Shown piece by piece: positions 15,777 through 25,348 of a stretch of 47,929 bases of DNA. The notes beneath the pieces are model-generated. The model ran no database searches. It worked only from the letters and a program-made list of their open reading frames with translations, and had not been told where the DNA came from. The translations under genes and the position numbers were made by a program. Numbering within the stretch: the stretch's first letter is position 1; each line of letters starts with the position of its first letter. The stretch is from Methanobacteriota archaeon (GTDB lineage: Archaea > Thermoplasmatota > Thermoplasmata > RBG-16-68-12): NCBI GenBank assembly GCA_005878525.1, contig VBMB01000136.1, positions 14,120 to 62,048 on the forward strand, given 5' to 3'.

Positions 15777-16482
15777 AGCGGGCCGAGATTTCGAAGCGGT
15801 CTCCGTAGCGCCGGGGCATCTCGGTCTCCAAGAATCGGAGCCCTCGCTCATACTCACCCGGAGGCAGGAGATCGAAGGTCGAGAGGTACCGGTGTCGTAC
15901 GCGGTCGAGTTGCTCTTCCGTCGTGAGCGTTCGAACGTACGCGCGGTCGACGACGATGGGGGCTCGAAAGCCCGCCGCCTCAAGCGCGTGAACGATCGCC
16001 GGAATCGGCGGGAACCGTTTCCGATCGATGGCCAAGAGGCTTGGAAAGGCCTCTTCCAATATGCCGAGGCGACGTGTGGTCATGTCCGAGGTCGCGACGA
16101 CGACTCGATGCGCCACCCGCGCGGCGTCACGCAGGGCCGCGCCATAGTCGCCGAGATGGTGGAGGACCATGACGACCATGGCGAGGTCGAAGGTGTCTGC
16201 CCGGAACGGCAGGCGGTGGCCATCGCCCTCCACACACTCGAACGGACCTTTCGCGCGGGCGATCCGGAGCATGGCGTCCGAGGAATCGATGGCCACGACG
16301 CGATTCGTCGTCGATAAGAGCTGGGCAAATCGGCCGGTCCCGGCTCCGAGGTCCAGCACGCTCTCCCCGTCTCGCAGGTGTCCGACTTCGACGAGTCCGC
16401 GGAGCCAGAACTCGCGGTCCATCGCCTCGTCGGCCCGAACGCGATCGTAGTCCGCGGCATGCCGCGAGTAGTCGACGGCCAC
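15751..16482 (-). CDS. class I SAM-dependent methyltransferase (Methyltransf_11/25-like)
   Basis: Motif I 'VLDLGAGTGRFAQLL', 'VVAIDSSDAML' and 'FDLAMVVMVLHHL'. Confidence 0.75.
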   Translation of the reverse strand: MAVDYSRHAADYDRVRADEAMDREFWLRGLVEVGHLRDGESVLDLGAGTGRFAQLLSTTNRVVAIDSSDAMLRIARAKGPFECVEGDGHRLPFRADTFDLAMVVMVLHHLGDYGAALRDAARVAHRVVVATSDMTTRRLGILEEAFPSLLAIDRKRFPPIPAIVHALEAAGFRAPIVVDRAYVRTLTTEEQLDRVRHRYLSTFDLLPPGEYERGLRFLETEMPRRYGDRFEISARFTFVGATR

Positions 16483-16528
16483 AAACTTGCAAGAGGCGGG
16501 CGGCTTATCAGGCTAGCGGGGTCGGGCG

Positions 16529-16837
16529 ATGACCATCGCGGAATTCAGCATCACGCCGATCGGGAAGGGCGTTAGCGTCGGGGAATACGTGGCGCGGTCC
16601 GTGGACATCGTGGACCGCAGCGGTCTCCCGTATCGCCTCAATCCCATGGGGACGGTGATCGAGGGCTCGTTCGACGAGATTCTCGCCCTCATCGCGCGCT
16701 GCCACAAGGCCGTCATGGAGGACTGCGAACGCGTCTCGACGATCGTCAAGATCGACGACCGCAAAGGCGCGTCGAAGCAACTCGAGACGAAAGTCGTGGG
16801 AGTGGAGCGGCGCCTCGGCCGAAAGATTAGGACTTAG
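16529..16837 (+). CDS. MTH1187/YkoF-family (DUF77) small ligand-binding protein
   Basis: 'IAEFSITPIGKGVSVGEYVA...L.....Y.LNPMGTVIEG' is the typical DUF77 N-terminus. About 100 aa. Confidence 0.8.
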   Translation: MTIAEFSITPIGKGVSVGEYVARSVDIVDRSGLPYRLNPMGTVIEGSFDEILALIARCHKAVMEDCERVSTIVKIDDRKGASKQLETKVVGVERRLGRKIRT

Positions 16838-18035
16838 CCGGCGCTTTCCACAGGGAGAGTCCGATCGCCGCGATCGTGGCGGCCATCGCCCCGAATGCGA
16901 ACGTCGCAGCCCCGACCGGGAAGGTCGGCGTCGGCGCGAAGGCGATCCACAGGAGTCCGGCGACCACGCCGGACGCCAGCTTCACCGCCCCGACGCATGT
17001 GTGATACGCGCCCAGCACCGTGGCCTTGATGTTGGGTGGGGCGAAGTCTGCAACGAGCGCGCGCTGCGTTCCTTCCGCCATTCCGTAGCTCAGACCGTAA
17101 AGGACGAAGGCGAGGACCAGGATGGCGAGGAGGTCTGAGAAAACAAGGAGGGTGGCCATGGCGATGAAGGCGATGTATCCGGTCAGCACGACCGGCTTCC
17201 GTCCGACCCGATCGGACAAGATCCCCGCGGGGAACGCGTGAGCGGCGTACACGATGTTGTAGACCACGTACAGCTGGATGGCCACGGTCGTCCCGTGGGT
17301 CCCTGCACGCAATAGGAGAAACGCATAGGAAAAATCCGCGAACGAGAAGAGGCTCGCGATCCCGATGAACGTCCAAAGCGGCTTCGGAATCCCGCGGAAG
17401 GTGACCCGAAGGGGCTGCTTCGGACTGCGCTGACGGACCGGCTCGCGGACGAGGAAGACGATGAAGACGGAAATCACGGCCGGGATGGCGGCGAGGAGCA
17501 GGATGAGGCGATAGTTCGGGACGGGAGAAGCGGCGATGGTCGCCAGGAGGACGAGCGTGATGATCGGACCGGCGATCGCCCCGGTCGTGTCCATGCTCCG
17601 GTGGAAACCGAACGCTTTCCCGCGGGTCTCGGCCGGCGTGGACTCGGTCAAGAGCGCGTCCCGGGGCGCGTCCCGGACGCCCTTCCCCGTCCGTTCCACG
17701 ATCCGCATCCCGAGGAACTCCGGCCAGCTCTGCGCGAACGGAAAGAGGACCTTCATCAATGTCGAGAGGGCGTAGCCCGCCCCGACGAAGCGCTTCCGCT
17801 TCCCGGCCGCATCGGAGAACCGGCCCGAAAAGATCTTCATGAACGAGACGACGCTGTCCGAGAGCCCTTCCTGGATCCCGACGATGAGGACGTTCGCGCC
17901 AAGGACCTGAATCAAGAAGAACGGCAGAATCGGCAAGATCATTTCGCTGCTGATGTCCGTGAAGAGGGACACGACCCCGAGGACGACGACGTTCGCGGTA
18001 AGTCCGTACGCGAGGGATCGACGGGTACCGGCCAT
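16827..18035 (-). CDS. MFS transporter
   Basis: About 12 hydrophobic segments and an MFS loop motif 'GRFSDAAGKRKRF' / 'LSDRVGRKPV'. ATG 18035 lies 4 nt after the upstream antiporter stop. Confidence 0.8.
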   Translation of the reverse strand: MAGTRRSLAYGLTANVVVLGVVSLFTDISSEMILPILPFFLIQVLGANVLIVGIQEGLSDSVVSFMKIFSGRFSDAAGKRKRFVGAGYALSTLMKVLFPFAQSWPEFLGMRIVERTGKGVRDAPRDALLTESTPAETRGKAFGFHRSMDTTGAIAGPIITLVLLATIAASPVPNYRLILLLAAIPAVISVFIVFLVREPVRQRSPKQPLRVTFRGIPKPLWTFIGIASLFSFADFSYAFLLLRAGTHGTTVAIQLYVVYNIVYAAHAFPAGILSDRVGRKPVVLTGYIAFIAMATLLVFSDLLAILVLAFVLYGLSYGMAEGTQRALVADFAPPNIKATVLGAYHTCVGAVKLASGVVAGLLWIAFAPTPTFPVGAATFAFGAMAATIAAIGLSLWKAPAKS

Positions 18036-18039
18036 GGGC

Positions 18040-19119
18040 TCACGGCGGAGGTGGATGGAACAAGAACGCCACGGCAATCACGGCGTACACCATCACGAGC
18101 AATGCGCCCTCGTACCAGTTGCTTCGGCCATCCGAGACGACCGCCGCAACGACGGCCGTCGCCAAGGCCAACGAGGCGAGCTCGAAGATTTCAAAGTCGA
18201 GCGTCATGACTTTCGCGGTCAGGAGAGAAACGAAGACGAGGATCGGCGCCACGAACAACGCGACCTGGGTCGTCGAGGTCGTCGCGACCGCGACACTCAA
18301 TTCCATCTTGTTTCTCCAGGCCATGAGGATCGCACTGCCGTGTTCCGCGGCGTTCCCGACGATGGCCACGATGATGACTCCGACAAACAGTTCGGTCAGG
18401 CCCAGGCTCTGCCGCGCCGTTTCCAGGGAGCCGACCAGGATCTCGCTCTCGACCGCGACCAGGACCGTCGAAGCGACGAGGACGCTCAGGGCGAACCGTT
18501 TCTCCCAACGCGGCTTCTCCGAGACTTCCGTCACCGGATTGAAGATGTCCCGGTGCGTGCGAAGGGAGAAGAGGAGACCGAACACGTAGGCGAGGAGCAG
18601 GATCCCGGCGATGCCCAGGCTCATCTCTTCCAGGGCCACGCCGGACCGAATCCCGGTCGAGAGGACGTACAGGGCGGGCATCACGAGGCCGATGACCGCG
18701 ACGACGAGCATCGTGATCTGAATTCCGGAAGCCTCGCGGGAGAAGTGCTGCGCTTTGTATTTCACGCCGCCCGCGAGCATGCTCAACCCGAGGACGAGAA
18801 GAAGGTTTCCCACAATCGAGCCCGTGAGCGACGCCTTGACGACCTCTGTTAAGCCGCGCGACAGCGCAAAGACGGCGATGATCAGCTCCGTTGCGTTCCC
18901 GAATGTCGCGTTGAGGAGACCGCCGACCCCGGGGCCCGCGTGCTTGCCGAGTTCCTCGGTCGCGAGCCCGAGGAACCATGCGAGCGGAACGATGGCGAGA
19001 CCCGCGACCGCGAAGACGATGACGCCGGGCCCGAGGAGGAGGTCGAGGATCCAGCTCAGCGGGACGAAGAGGCCCAACAGGAGGGCCCACGTGTACGCCC
19101 GCAACGGTTCGAAGTCCAT
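18040..19119 (-). CDS. Ca2+/cation:H+ antiporter (CaCA/CAX family)
   Basis: Two alpha-repeats, 'GNATELIIAVFAL' and 'GNAAEHGSAILMA', and about 11 TM helices. Confidence 0.9.
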   Translation of the reverse strand: MDFEPLRAYTWALLLGLFVPLSWILDLLLGPGVIVFAVAGLAIVPLAWFLGLATEELGKHAGPGVGGLLNATFGNATELIIAVFALSRGLTEVVKASLTGSIVGNLLLVLGLSMLAGGVKYKAQHFSREASGIQITMLVVAVIGLVMPALYVLSTGIRSGVALEEMSLGIAGILLLAYVFGLLFSLRTHRDIFNPVTEVSEKPRWEKRFALSVLVASTVLVAVESEILVGSLETARQSLGLTELFVGVIIVAIVGNAAEHGSAILMAWRNKMELSVAVATTSTTQVALFVAPILVFVSLLTAKVMTLDFEIFELASLALATAVVAAVVSDGRSNWYEGALLVMVYAVIAVAFLFHPPPP

Positions 19120-19192
19120 CGCGTCCCGAAATGTCCGATCGTTCTTAACTCCGCGGGCAACGTTTAACTAGCGTCGGCCGAATGCGCGCCCG

Positions 19193-20629
19193 ATGATTTC
19201 TCCGGCGGAGATGCGCGTCCTCGATCGGAACGCCCAATACTTCGGCGTCTCGATCTTGGAACTGATGGAGAACGCCGGGAAAGCCGTGGCCGACGTCGCG
19301 CGGTCTGAGTTCGGCGCGGCCGGAAAGAACGTCCTCGTCCTCTGCGGCACCGGGAACAACGGCGGCGACGGGCTTGTGGCCGCTCGCCACCTCGCGAAAG
19401 AGGCGCGGGTCACGGTACTCCTCGCACGATCGCCGGACCAATTCGTCACCCAGGAGTCGGGGACGAACTTCGAGCGGCTGAGGGACACGCAAATCCTGGC
19501 GGGCCTCGACAAGAGCGAGGAAGCGATCGCGGCGGCCGACCTGTTGATCGACGCCCTCCTCGGGATTGGCGCGGAAGGCCCACTTCGCGAGCCGTACGTC
19601 GCGCTCATCCGCCAGGTGAACGCCTCCGGCAAGCCGATCCTCAGTGTGGACGTCCCCAGCGGGTTCGGAACGGACCTCGCCGTCCGACCGACGATCACCG
19701 TCACGCTCTATGATGTGAAGGAGGGGATGACGGCCGAGAACTCGGGACGGATCCGCGTGGCGGACATCGGCATCCCCGCGAGAATCGCCGCGATGATCGG
19801 GCCCGGCGAATTCACGCTCTACCCGGTGCCGAAAGCGACGAGCCACAAGGGTCAGAATGGACGCGTCCTCGTGATCGCCGGAGGACCGTACACCGGCGCC
19901 CCCGCGCTCGTCGGGTATGGCGCCCTTGGGGTCGGCGCGGATCTCATCCATGTCGCGACTCCGGCCTTGGCGGCCTCGGTGGTCGCATCGTATTCGCCGA
20001 TGTTCATCGTGCATCCGCTGGTCGGTCACCGCCTGCTCCGGGAGGACACGCGGCAGATCGTCGACTTGGCGTCGCGCGCCGACGCGATCGCGATCGGCCC
20101 TGGACTGGGCGATGCCGAGGGGACTCTCGACGCCGTGCGGGAGATCGTCCGGAGCGTCTCGCTGCCGCTTGTGGTCGACGCAGACGCGGTCCGGGCGGTG
20201 GCCACGGATCCGAAATGTCTTGTCGGGAAGCGCGCGGTCATCACGCCTCATTCCCGCGAATTCCAGACCCTGACGGGCAAGACCCTCCCGGATGCCCCGG
20301 ACGAACGAGCCGAGATCGTCCGCGAGGCCGCGAAGGCGTTCGGGGCCACCATCCTCCTGAAGGGCCACATCGACATCGTGACCGACGGGGCGCGGGTCAA
20401 GTTCAACTACACGGGGAATCCGGGGATGACGGTGGGCGGGACGGGCGACGTCCTGTGCGGCGTCGTGACCGGCCTCATGTCGAAAGGGATGTTGCCGTTC
20501 GACGCGGCGCGCCTTGGGGCCTTCACGAACGGGTATGCCGGCGATCTCGCCTTCAAGGTCAAGAGTTACGGGTTGACCTCGGTCGACGTCGCGGAAAACC
20601 TGGGCCGCGTCCTCGCCGAGTTTCTTTGA
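19193..20629 (+). CDS. nnr: bifunctional NAD(P)H-hydrate repair enzyme (epimerase + ADP-dependent dehydratase)
   Basis: YjeF_N 'CGTGNNGGDGLVAARHL'. The C-terminal carbohydrate-kinase part has 'HKGQNGRVLVIAGG', 'IGPGLG' and 'GTGDVLCGVV'. Confidence 0.9.
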   Translation: MISPAEMRVLDRNAQYFGVSILELMENAGKAVADVARSEFGAAGKNVLVLCGTGNNGGDGLVAARHLAKEARVTVLLARSPDQFVTQESGTNFERLRDTQILAGLDKSEEAIAAADLLIDALLGIGAEGPLREPYVALIRQVNASGKPILSVDVPSGFGTDLAVRPTITVTLYDVKEGMTAENSGRIRVADIGIPARIAAMIGPGEFTLYPVPKATSHKGQNGRVLVIAGGPYTGAPALVGYGALGVGADLIHVATPALAASVVASYSPMFIVHPLVGHRLLREDTRQIVDLASRADAIAIGPGLGDAEGTLDAVREIVRSVSLPLVVDADAVRAVATDPKCLVGKRAVITPHSREFQTLTGKTLPDAPDERAEIVREAAKAFGATILLKGHIDIVTDGARVKFNYTGNPGMTVGGTGDVLCGVVTGLMSKGMLPFDAARLGAFTNGYAGDLAFKVKSYGLTSVDVAENLGRVLAEFL

Positions 20630-20696
20630 GCCCCGTCGCACGAGGAGAGACTCGGACCCGGCACAACCATTAAGCCGACCCGCCCTTGGAGCCGAC

Positions 20697-21467
20697 GTGG
20701 ATCTCGAGCCCGTCCCCGATGAGCCCGCCCTCATGGCGGACGATATCCTCGTCGTCGCGGACCTCCATATCGGGATCGAGGAAGAGCTGCACGAGAAAGG
20801 GATTCGGGTCCCGAGCCGGGCGGAGGTGATGGGCCGAAAGCTCGTCGAGCTGGCGGACCGCCGGGGCGCGAGCCGACTCGTCATCTTGGGAGACGTGAAG
20901 CATCTCGTGCCGAAGATGGCCTCTCGGGAGCGGCGTGACGTCTACGTGTTCTTTCGCGACCTCGCGCCGAGGTTCCGCGAAATGTACATCGCCCAAGGCA
21001 ACCATGACGGGATGCTGAAGAACATCGTACCCCGGAGCGTGCGTTTCAAGCCCGCGTACGGCTTCCGAATCGAGGATGTCGGGTTCTGCCATGGGCACGC
21101 TTGGCCGTACAAGAAGGTCATGGAGGGATCCGTCCTCCTCATGGGACACAACCATCCGGCCGCGGCGTTTCGCGACGCGATGGGATCCCGGCAGATTGTC
21201 CCGTGCTGGATGCGGGTCCCGTTCCTTCGAAAGCACAAACGATATCCGAAGCTCCCGAAGGAAGCGATCGTCGTGCCCTCATTCAACGACCTTTGCGGCG
21301 GCATGCCCGTGAACGATGTCCGGGCGCGATTCATCGGGCCTCTCTTCGACGAGGACCTCGTCCGCGTCGAGGACGCATCCGTGCATCTGCTCGATGGCAC
21401 GAACCTCGGACGATTGCGAGACATCAAAGTCGACCTGGGCTTCCGGCCCGAGGACTACCGACAGTGA
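20697..21467 (+). CDS. calcineurin-like metallophosphoesterase (archaeal MJ0037-like)
   Basis: 'VVADLHIG', 'ILGDVKH', 'GNHD', 'GHAWP', 'GHNHP'. GTG start. Confidence 0.8.
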   Translation: MDLEPVPDEPALMADDILVVADLHIGIEEELHEKGIRVPSRAEVMGRKLVELADRRGASRLVILGDVKHLVPKMASRERRDVYVFFRDLAPRFREMYIAQGNHDGMLKNIVPRSVRFKPAYGFRIEDVGFCHGHAWPYKKVMEGSVLLMGHNHPAAAFRDAMGSRQIVPCWMRVPFLRKHKRYPKLPKEAIVVPSFNDLCGGMPVNDVRARFIGPLFDEDLVRVEDASVHLLDGTNLGRLRDIKVDLGFRPEDYRQ

Positions 21468-21480
21468 GGCACCGGGCGAG

Positions 21481-21834
21481 ATGCGGTGGAAGTGGCGGCT
21501 GGGTCTCCTGGTGATCGCGGGACTTGAGGTTCCCCTCCTGCTGTGGATCTCCACGGCGATGGGCGCGTCCCCAGAAATTCTCCTCTACGCGGGCGGCATT
21601 CTGGCGCTGGTCCTGATGGCGATGCTCCTCGTCCGGCCCCTCTTCTTCACCTTCTTGGTCGTGTGGCTCGGAGGCCTGATGGGATCGGCGTGGTATCTTG
21701 TCCGCTTCCTGCCGCCGACCGCGGCGCTCGGACTCGGCGCGACCCTTTCCACAGTCGTTTCCGCGGTGGGTGCGCCCGTCCTGTCCCGCGCGCTCGGCTT
21801 CGTCCTTCGACAGAGACTGTGGATTCGGCACTGA
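21481..21834 (+). CDS. hypothetical small membrane protein (3-4 TM helices)
   Basis: Hydrophobic throughout ('LGLLVIAGLEVPLLLWI', 'ILALVLMAMLLV', 'FFTFLVVWLGGLMG'). The ATG is 14 nt after the upstream stop. Confidence 0.45.
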   Translation: MRWKWRLGLLVIAGLEVPLLLWISTAMGASPEILLYAGGILALVLMAMLLVRPLFFTFLVVWLGGLMGSAWYLVRFLPPTAALGLGATLSTVVSAVGAPVLSRALGFVLRQRLWIRH

Positions 21835-21845
21835 GATGGAACCGA

Positions 21846-21918
21846 TGGGCCCGGTCGGAATCGAACCGACGACCTCGACTTTGTAAGAGTCGCATCATAG
21901 CCACTAGACTACGGGCCC
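21846..21918 (-). tRNA. tRNA-Val: tRNA-Val (anticodon UAC), no encoded CCA
   Basis: The reverse complement reads GGGCCCG..CGACT-CTTACAA-AGTCG..GGTTCGATTCC..CGGGCCCA. Confidence 0.9.
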
Positions 21919-21961
21919 GCGGCACGAAGGGTCGTGGCCTCATTAAGGCTTCCCGGAGCGC

Positions 21962-22318
21962 TCAGTCCAAATCCTTGGCGGCGGCCTGCGCGAATCGCAA
22001 AATCGCCGCGTCAAGATCGGAGACCACGCGCTCCGGCGATACGACCAGCACCACCATGGCGCGTCGGCCGATTTCTTGGATGACGACGGTCGCGTCGTCG
22101 GACTCGAGCAGGACGCGGTGCGGCGCCGTGTGGCCCAGCTCCGTCGCGGCGGTCATCCCGGCGCCGAGGATTGCGGCGCACATGATCGAGAACGTCTCCT
22201 GCGAGACATTTCGCGGAAGCTCGGCCGCCACGATCCCGCCATCGCGATTGACGACCGCGACCGCCTCCGCCTTCGTCACGTCGCGGAGCGCGCGGACCAT
22301 GTCCGCTACGGCGGTCAC
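21962..22318 (-). CDS. Roadblock/LC7 (MglB-like) domain protein
   Basis: 'AEAVAVVNRDGGIVAAELP....ETFSIMCAAILGAGMTAATELG......V.LE.DDATVVIQEIG..AMVVLVV' follows the Robl/LC7 pattern. The GTG start overlaps the upstream stop (GTGA, 22315-22318). Confidence 0.75.
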   Translation of the reverse strand: MTAVADMVRALRDVTKAEAVAVVNRDGGIVAAELPRNVSQETFSIMCAAILGAGMTAATELGHTAPHRVLLESDDATVVIQEIGRRAMVVLVVSPERVVSDLDAAILRFAQAAAKDLD

Positions 22319-22722
22319 GCTCCGCCCTCCCGTTCGAAGACGCATTCACGACCGCCCGTACTCACGCACTCCACTTCCGCGAGGCGCACGCGGTGTTTCG
22401 TCTTCGCTTCAAGGAGCTTCGAGAGAATCCCGCGAAGCCGGTGGCACGTCTCCACGTCGCCCCCGGGCATTGCCTCGATCGAGCCGCGCACCCTTGCGCC
22501 CGAATCCGTGAAGGCCACCTCCTCCGCCCAGCCCCGCTCGAGGATCACTTTCTTGCCGAACTCGAGCGGATCCTCACCGAGGGCCAAGTTCCTCGTGACT
22601 TCCTCGGCGAGGACCATGCCCTCTCGGAAGAAGAGGCCGTGGCACGCGTACGACATGACGCTCTCGTAGAGCTTGCGGATCGAATCGAGTTCTTGCTGAG
22701 AAACCTTGACGGATCGGGCCAA
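22315..22722 (-). CDS. V4R (4-vinyl reductase-like / Bet3-fold) domain protein
   Basis: 'GDVETCHRLRGILSKLLE...VRLAEVECVSTGGRECVFE' matches the conserved C-terminal Cys pattern of V4R domains. The only start at the ORF top is TTG 22722. Confidence 0.7.
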   Translation of the reverse strand: MARSVKVSQQELDSIRKLYESVMSYACHGLFFREGMVLAEEVTRNLALGEDPLEFGKKVILERGWAEEVAFTDSGARVRGSIEAMPGGDVETCHRLRGILSKLLEAKTKHRVRLAEVECVSTGGRECVFEREGGA

Positions 22723-22745
22723 TGGCCGGCCGAACCTGGGAACGG

Positions 22746-22755
22746 CCTATAAAGG
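22746..22755 (-). promoter_or_regulatory. TATA box for the V4R-Roadblock pair
   Basis: 'CCTTTATAGG' on the minus strand lies ~28 nt upstream of the V4R start. Confidence 0.45.
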
Positions 22756-22795
22756 TTCCGCGGCTGTTATCCGCGCGTCTCCGACGACGGGCACT

Positions 22796-23329
22796 TCAGC
22801 CGCCACGGCACTCGGGACAGACGAGCAAGTTGCGATCCCACACGAGGTTCGTCGAATACACTCCGCACGCCTCGCAGTGGCCCTCGATGCCCTTCGCGAA
22901 CTGGGACTCGAGTCCGGCCCGTGCGTATTCCCGCGTGACCTCAATCAGTTGAGGCCACACCCGGATGATGTCGTTCTCCGTGATCATCCCGACGAGCTTT
23001 CCTTCCTGGACGACGGGGAGTCTCCGAATCTTGCGCTGCGACATCAGCTTCGCGGCCTCGGCGACTTCCTCGTGCGGATGGACCACGACCACGGGGGACG
23101 TCATGATGTCTCGGACGAGGACGCGGCTCGGTTGTTTGTCCGGCGCTGCGACTTTCGTCACGATGTCCCGCTCCGTCACGATGCCCATCGGCTTGCCGGT
23201 CTCGACCACGACGAGGCTCCCGATCTCCCGGTCTCGCATGAGGTCTGCGGCATCTTTCGCGGTCGCGTCGGCCGGAATCGTCACCGGGGACTGCGTCATG
23301 ATTTCGATGACGGGGACGCGCGCTCGCAT
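22796..23329 (-). CDS. CBS-pair domain protein with C-terminal zinc ribbon
   Basis: Two CBS repeats ('IMTQSPVTI...GSLVVVE...GIVTERDIV' and 'IMTSPVVVV...RRLPVVQ.GKLVGMITENDII'), then 'CEACG...CPEC'. Confidence 0.85.
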   Translation of the reverse strand: MRARVPVIEIMTQSPVTIPADATAKDAADLMRDREIGSLVVVETGKPMGIVTERDIVTKVAAPDKQPSRVLVRDIMTSPVVVVHPHEEVAEAAKLMSQRKIRRLPVVQEGKLVGMITENDIIRVWPQLIEVTREYARAGLESQFAKGIEGHCEACGVYSTNLVWDRNLLVCPECRGG

Positions 23330-23487
23330 GATGTGCCGCGGTGCATGAGAGGTCAGGGCCGATAAAGGTTGCGAGGCCAGTCGCACGGTGCGAGTTCCAA
23401 TCGAAGGAGCGGGAGCAACACCTCCCGGAATGGCGATCGGAGAATCGTGCCGACAATGTTAAGGCACGCGCCTTGTTGTCGAGGCGA

Positions 23488-24105
23488 ATGTCGTACGCGG
23501 ACCGCGACGGCGAACTCGCCGTCCGCATCGCGCGCGAGGCCCTCGAGGCGTACGTGATCAAACGCGCGAAACGAACCGTTGAAATCCCCAGGGCATTCGA
23601 AGAGAAGTCGGGAGCGTTCGTCACCCTCAACGAGCATCCGAGTGGCTTGCTGCGCGGTTGCATCGGCTACCCGCAACCGTTCTTCCCGCTCGTCAAGTCG
23701 ATCGAGAAGGGCGCGGAAGGCGCCGCGGAGGATCCGCGGTTCCCGCACTTGACCCCGGAAGAGCTCGACCGCGTCACCGTGGAGGTGAGCATCCTGACCC
23801 CGCCGCGATTGATCGAGGTGAAGAAGCCGAAAGACCTCACAAAGTCCGTCGCCCTCGGCGTGGATGGCTTGAGCGTGGCCCAGGGTCCATACCGCGGACT
23901 CCTGCTCCCGCAGGTCGCGGTCGAGTACGCCTGGGACGCGGCCGAATTCTTGTCCGAGGCGTGCATGAAAGCGGGCCTCTTGGCCGACGCGTGGCTCGAC
24001 CCCGCGACCCGGGTCTACAAGTTCCAGGCCGAGGTCTTCGCGGAAACCCAGCCCCGCGGTCCCGTCGTGCGCCGGACCTTGGAGGCGGCGCGTGCGGGTC
24101 ATTAG
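23488..24105 (+). CDS. AMMECR1 domain protein
   Basis: 'SGAFVTL......LRGCIGYPQP', 'AAEDPRFP', 'VEVSILTPP', 'GLLLPQVA'. Confidence 0.85.
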   Translation: MSYADRDGELAVRIAREALEAYVIKRAKRTVEIPRAFEEKSGAFVTLNEHPSGLLRGCIGYPQPFFPLVKSIEKGAEGAAEDPRFPHLTPEELDRVTVEVSILTPPRLIEVKKPKDLTKSVALGVDGLSVAQGPYRGLLLPQVAVEYAWDAAEFLSEACMKAGLLADAWLDPATRVYKFQAEVFAETQPRGPVVRRTLEAARAGH

Positions 24106-25342
24106 CGGCCGCGTGTTCTTTCGCGGCCAGCTGGAGCCCTTGAGCATCGGGATTGACGAAAAAGGCCAGATCGCCGCGATCAAGAAAGTCCTCCGAGGCG
24201 ACGAACAGATCGACCACGGCGACGCGCTGATCCTCCCGGGATGCGTCGACCTCCACGTCCACATGAGGGACCCGGGGCTCCGGCGCAAAGAAGACTTCCC
24301 GAGCGGGACCCGTTCGGCGGCGATCGGCGGTGTGACGACCGTGGCGGACATGCCGAACACGGTCCCGGCGGTAACGACAACGGCGGCGCTGGATGCGAAG
24401 GCCGCCGAGCTCCAGGGACGGGCCGCCGTGGACTATGCGCTGTATGCCGCACCGCGATCCCCGGAGGCGGTCCTGCGACTCAACGATGCCGTCGCGTTCA
24501 AAGTCTACATGGCGGAATCGACGGGAAATCTCGAAGTGACGGTGCCGCGACTGGAAGAGATCCTTCGAGCCGCGGAAGCGCAATCGAAGCTCGTCGTTGT
24601 CCACGCGGAGGACCCGGGAAAATTCAGTAGGCAGAAAGCGAAGAACCTTCGGGACTATGACGCCGCGCGACCGAAGGTCGCCGAAGAAACCGCCATCGCG
24701 ACCCTGGCGCGCATCCGAGGCGGAGCAAGGGTGCACGTCGCTCACGTCAGCTGTCTGGAGGCCCTCAACTCGGTGCCTGCGGGGGCGACGTGTGAGGTGA
24801 CGCCCCACCACCTCTTCCTCGACGCGTCAAAGGCACTCGGTGCTCGAGGCAAAGTGAATCCCCCGCTCCGATCACCTGCGGATCGCGACGCGCTCTGGGA
24901 CGCCTTCCGCCAGGGCCGAATCGACGCGGTCGCGAGCGACCACGCCCCGCACACCATGGACGAAAAGAGCGCCCTCTTCGAGGAAGCACCCGCCGGACTC
25001 CCCGGCGTCGCGACCGCGTTCCCGCTCCTCATGCGTCGGATCCGGGCGGGCGACCTGGACCTCCCGCGACTCGTCTCGGCGATGGCAGTGCGACCCGCCG
25101 AGATCTTGGGGATCGCGAAGGGGACGATCGACGTGGGCCGGGATGGAGACCTCCTCGTGGTCGACCCGCGGAACATCGAAGCCGTCACCGCGAAACGGGT
25201 GCGATACAAATGCGGGTGGACACCGTTCGAGGGAATGGAAGGCTGCTTCCCTCGAGCCGTGTACCTCCGAGGAGAACCGATCGTCGAAGACGGCGAGGCC
25301 ATCTCGGAAGGGCAGGGTCGAATGATTCGCGCTTCGGCGTAG
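24092..25342 (+). CDS. pyrC: dihydroorotase (amidohydrolase superfamily)
   Basis: 'PGCVDLHVHMRDPG', 'GGVTTVADMPNT', 'VVHAED', 'VAHVS', 'EVTPHHLFL', 'ASDHAPHT', 'DGDLLVVDP'. The GTG start overlaps the AMMECR1 end. Confidence 0.8.
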   Translation: MRVISGRVFFRGQLEPLSIGIDEKGQIAAIKKVLRGDEQIDHGDALILPGCVDLHVHMRDPGLRRKEDFPSGTRSAAIGGVTTVADMPNTVPAVTTTAALDAKAAELQGRAAVDYALYAAPRSPEAVLRLNDAVAFKVYMAESTGNLEVTVPRLEEILRAAEAQSKLVVVHAEDPGKFSRQKAKNLRDYDAARPKVAEETAIATLARIRGGARVHVAHVSCLEALNSVPAGATCEVTPHHLFLDASKALGARGKVNPPLRSPADRDALWDAFRQGRIDAVASDHAPHTMDEKSALFEEAPAGLPGVATAFPLLMRRIRAGDLDLPRLVSAMAVRPAEILGIAKGTIDVGRDGDLLVVDPRNIEAVTAKRVRYKCGWTPFEGMEGCFPRAVYLRGEPIVEDGEAISEGQGRMIRASA

Positions 25343-25348
25343 CATGTG

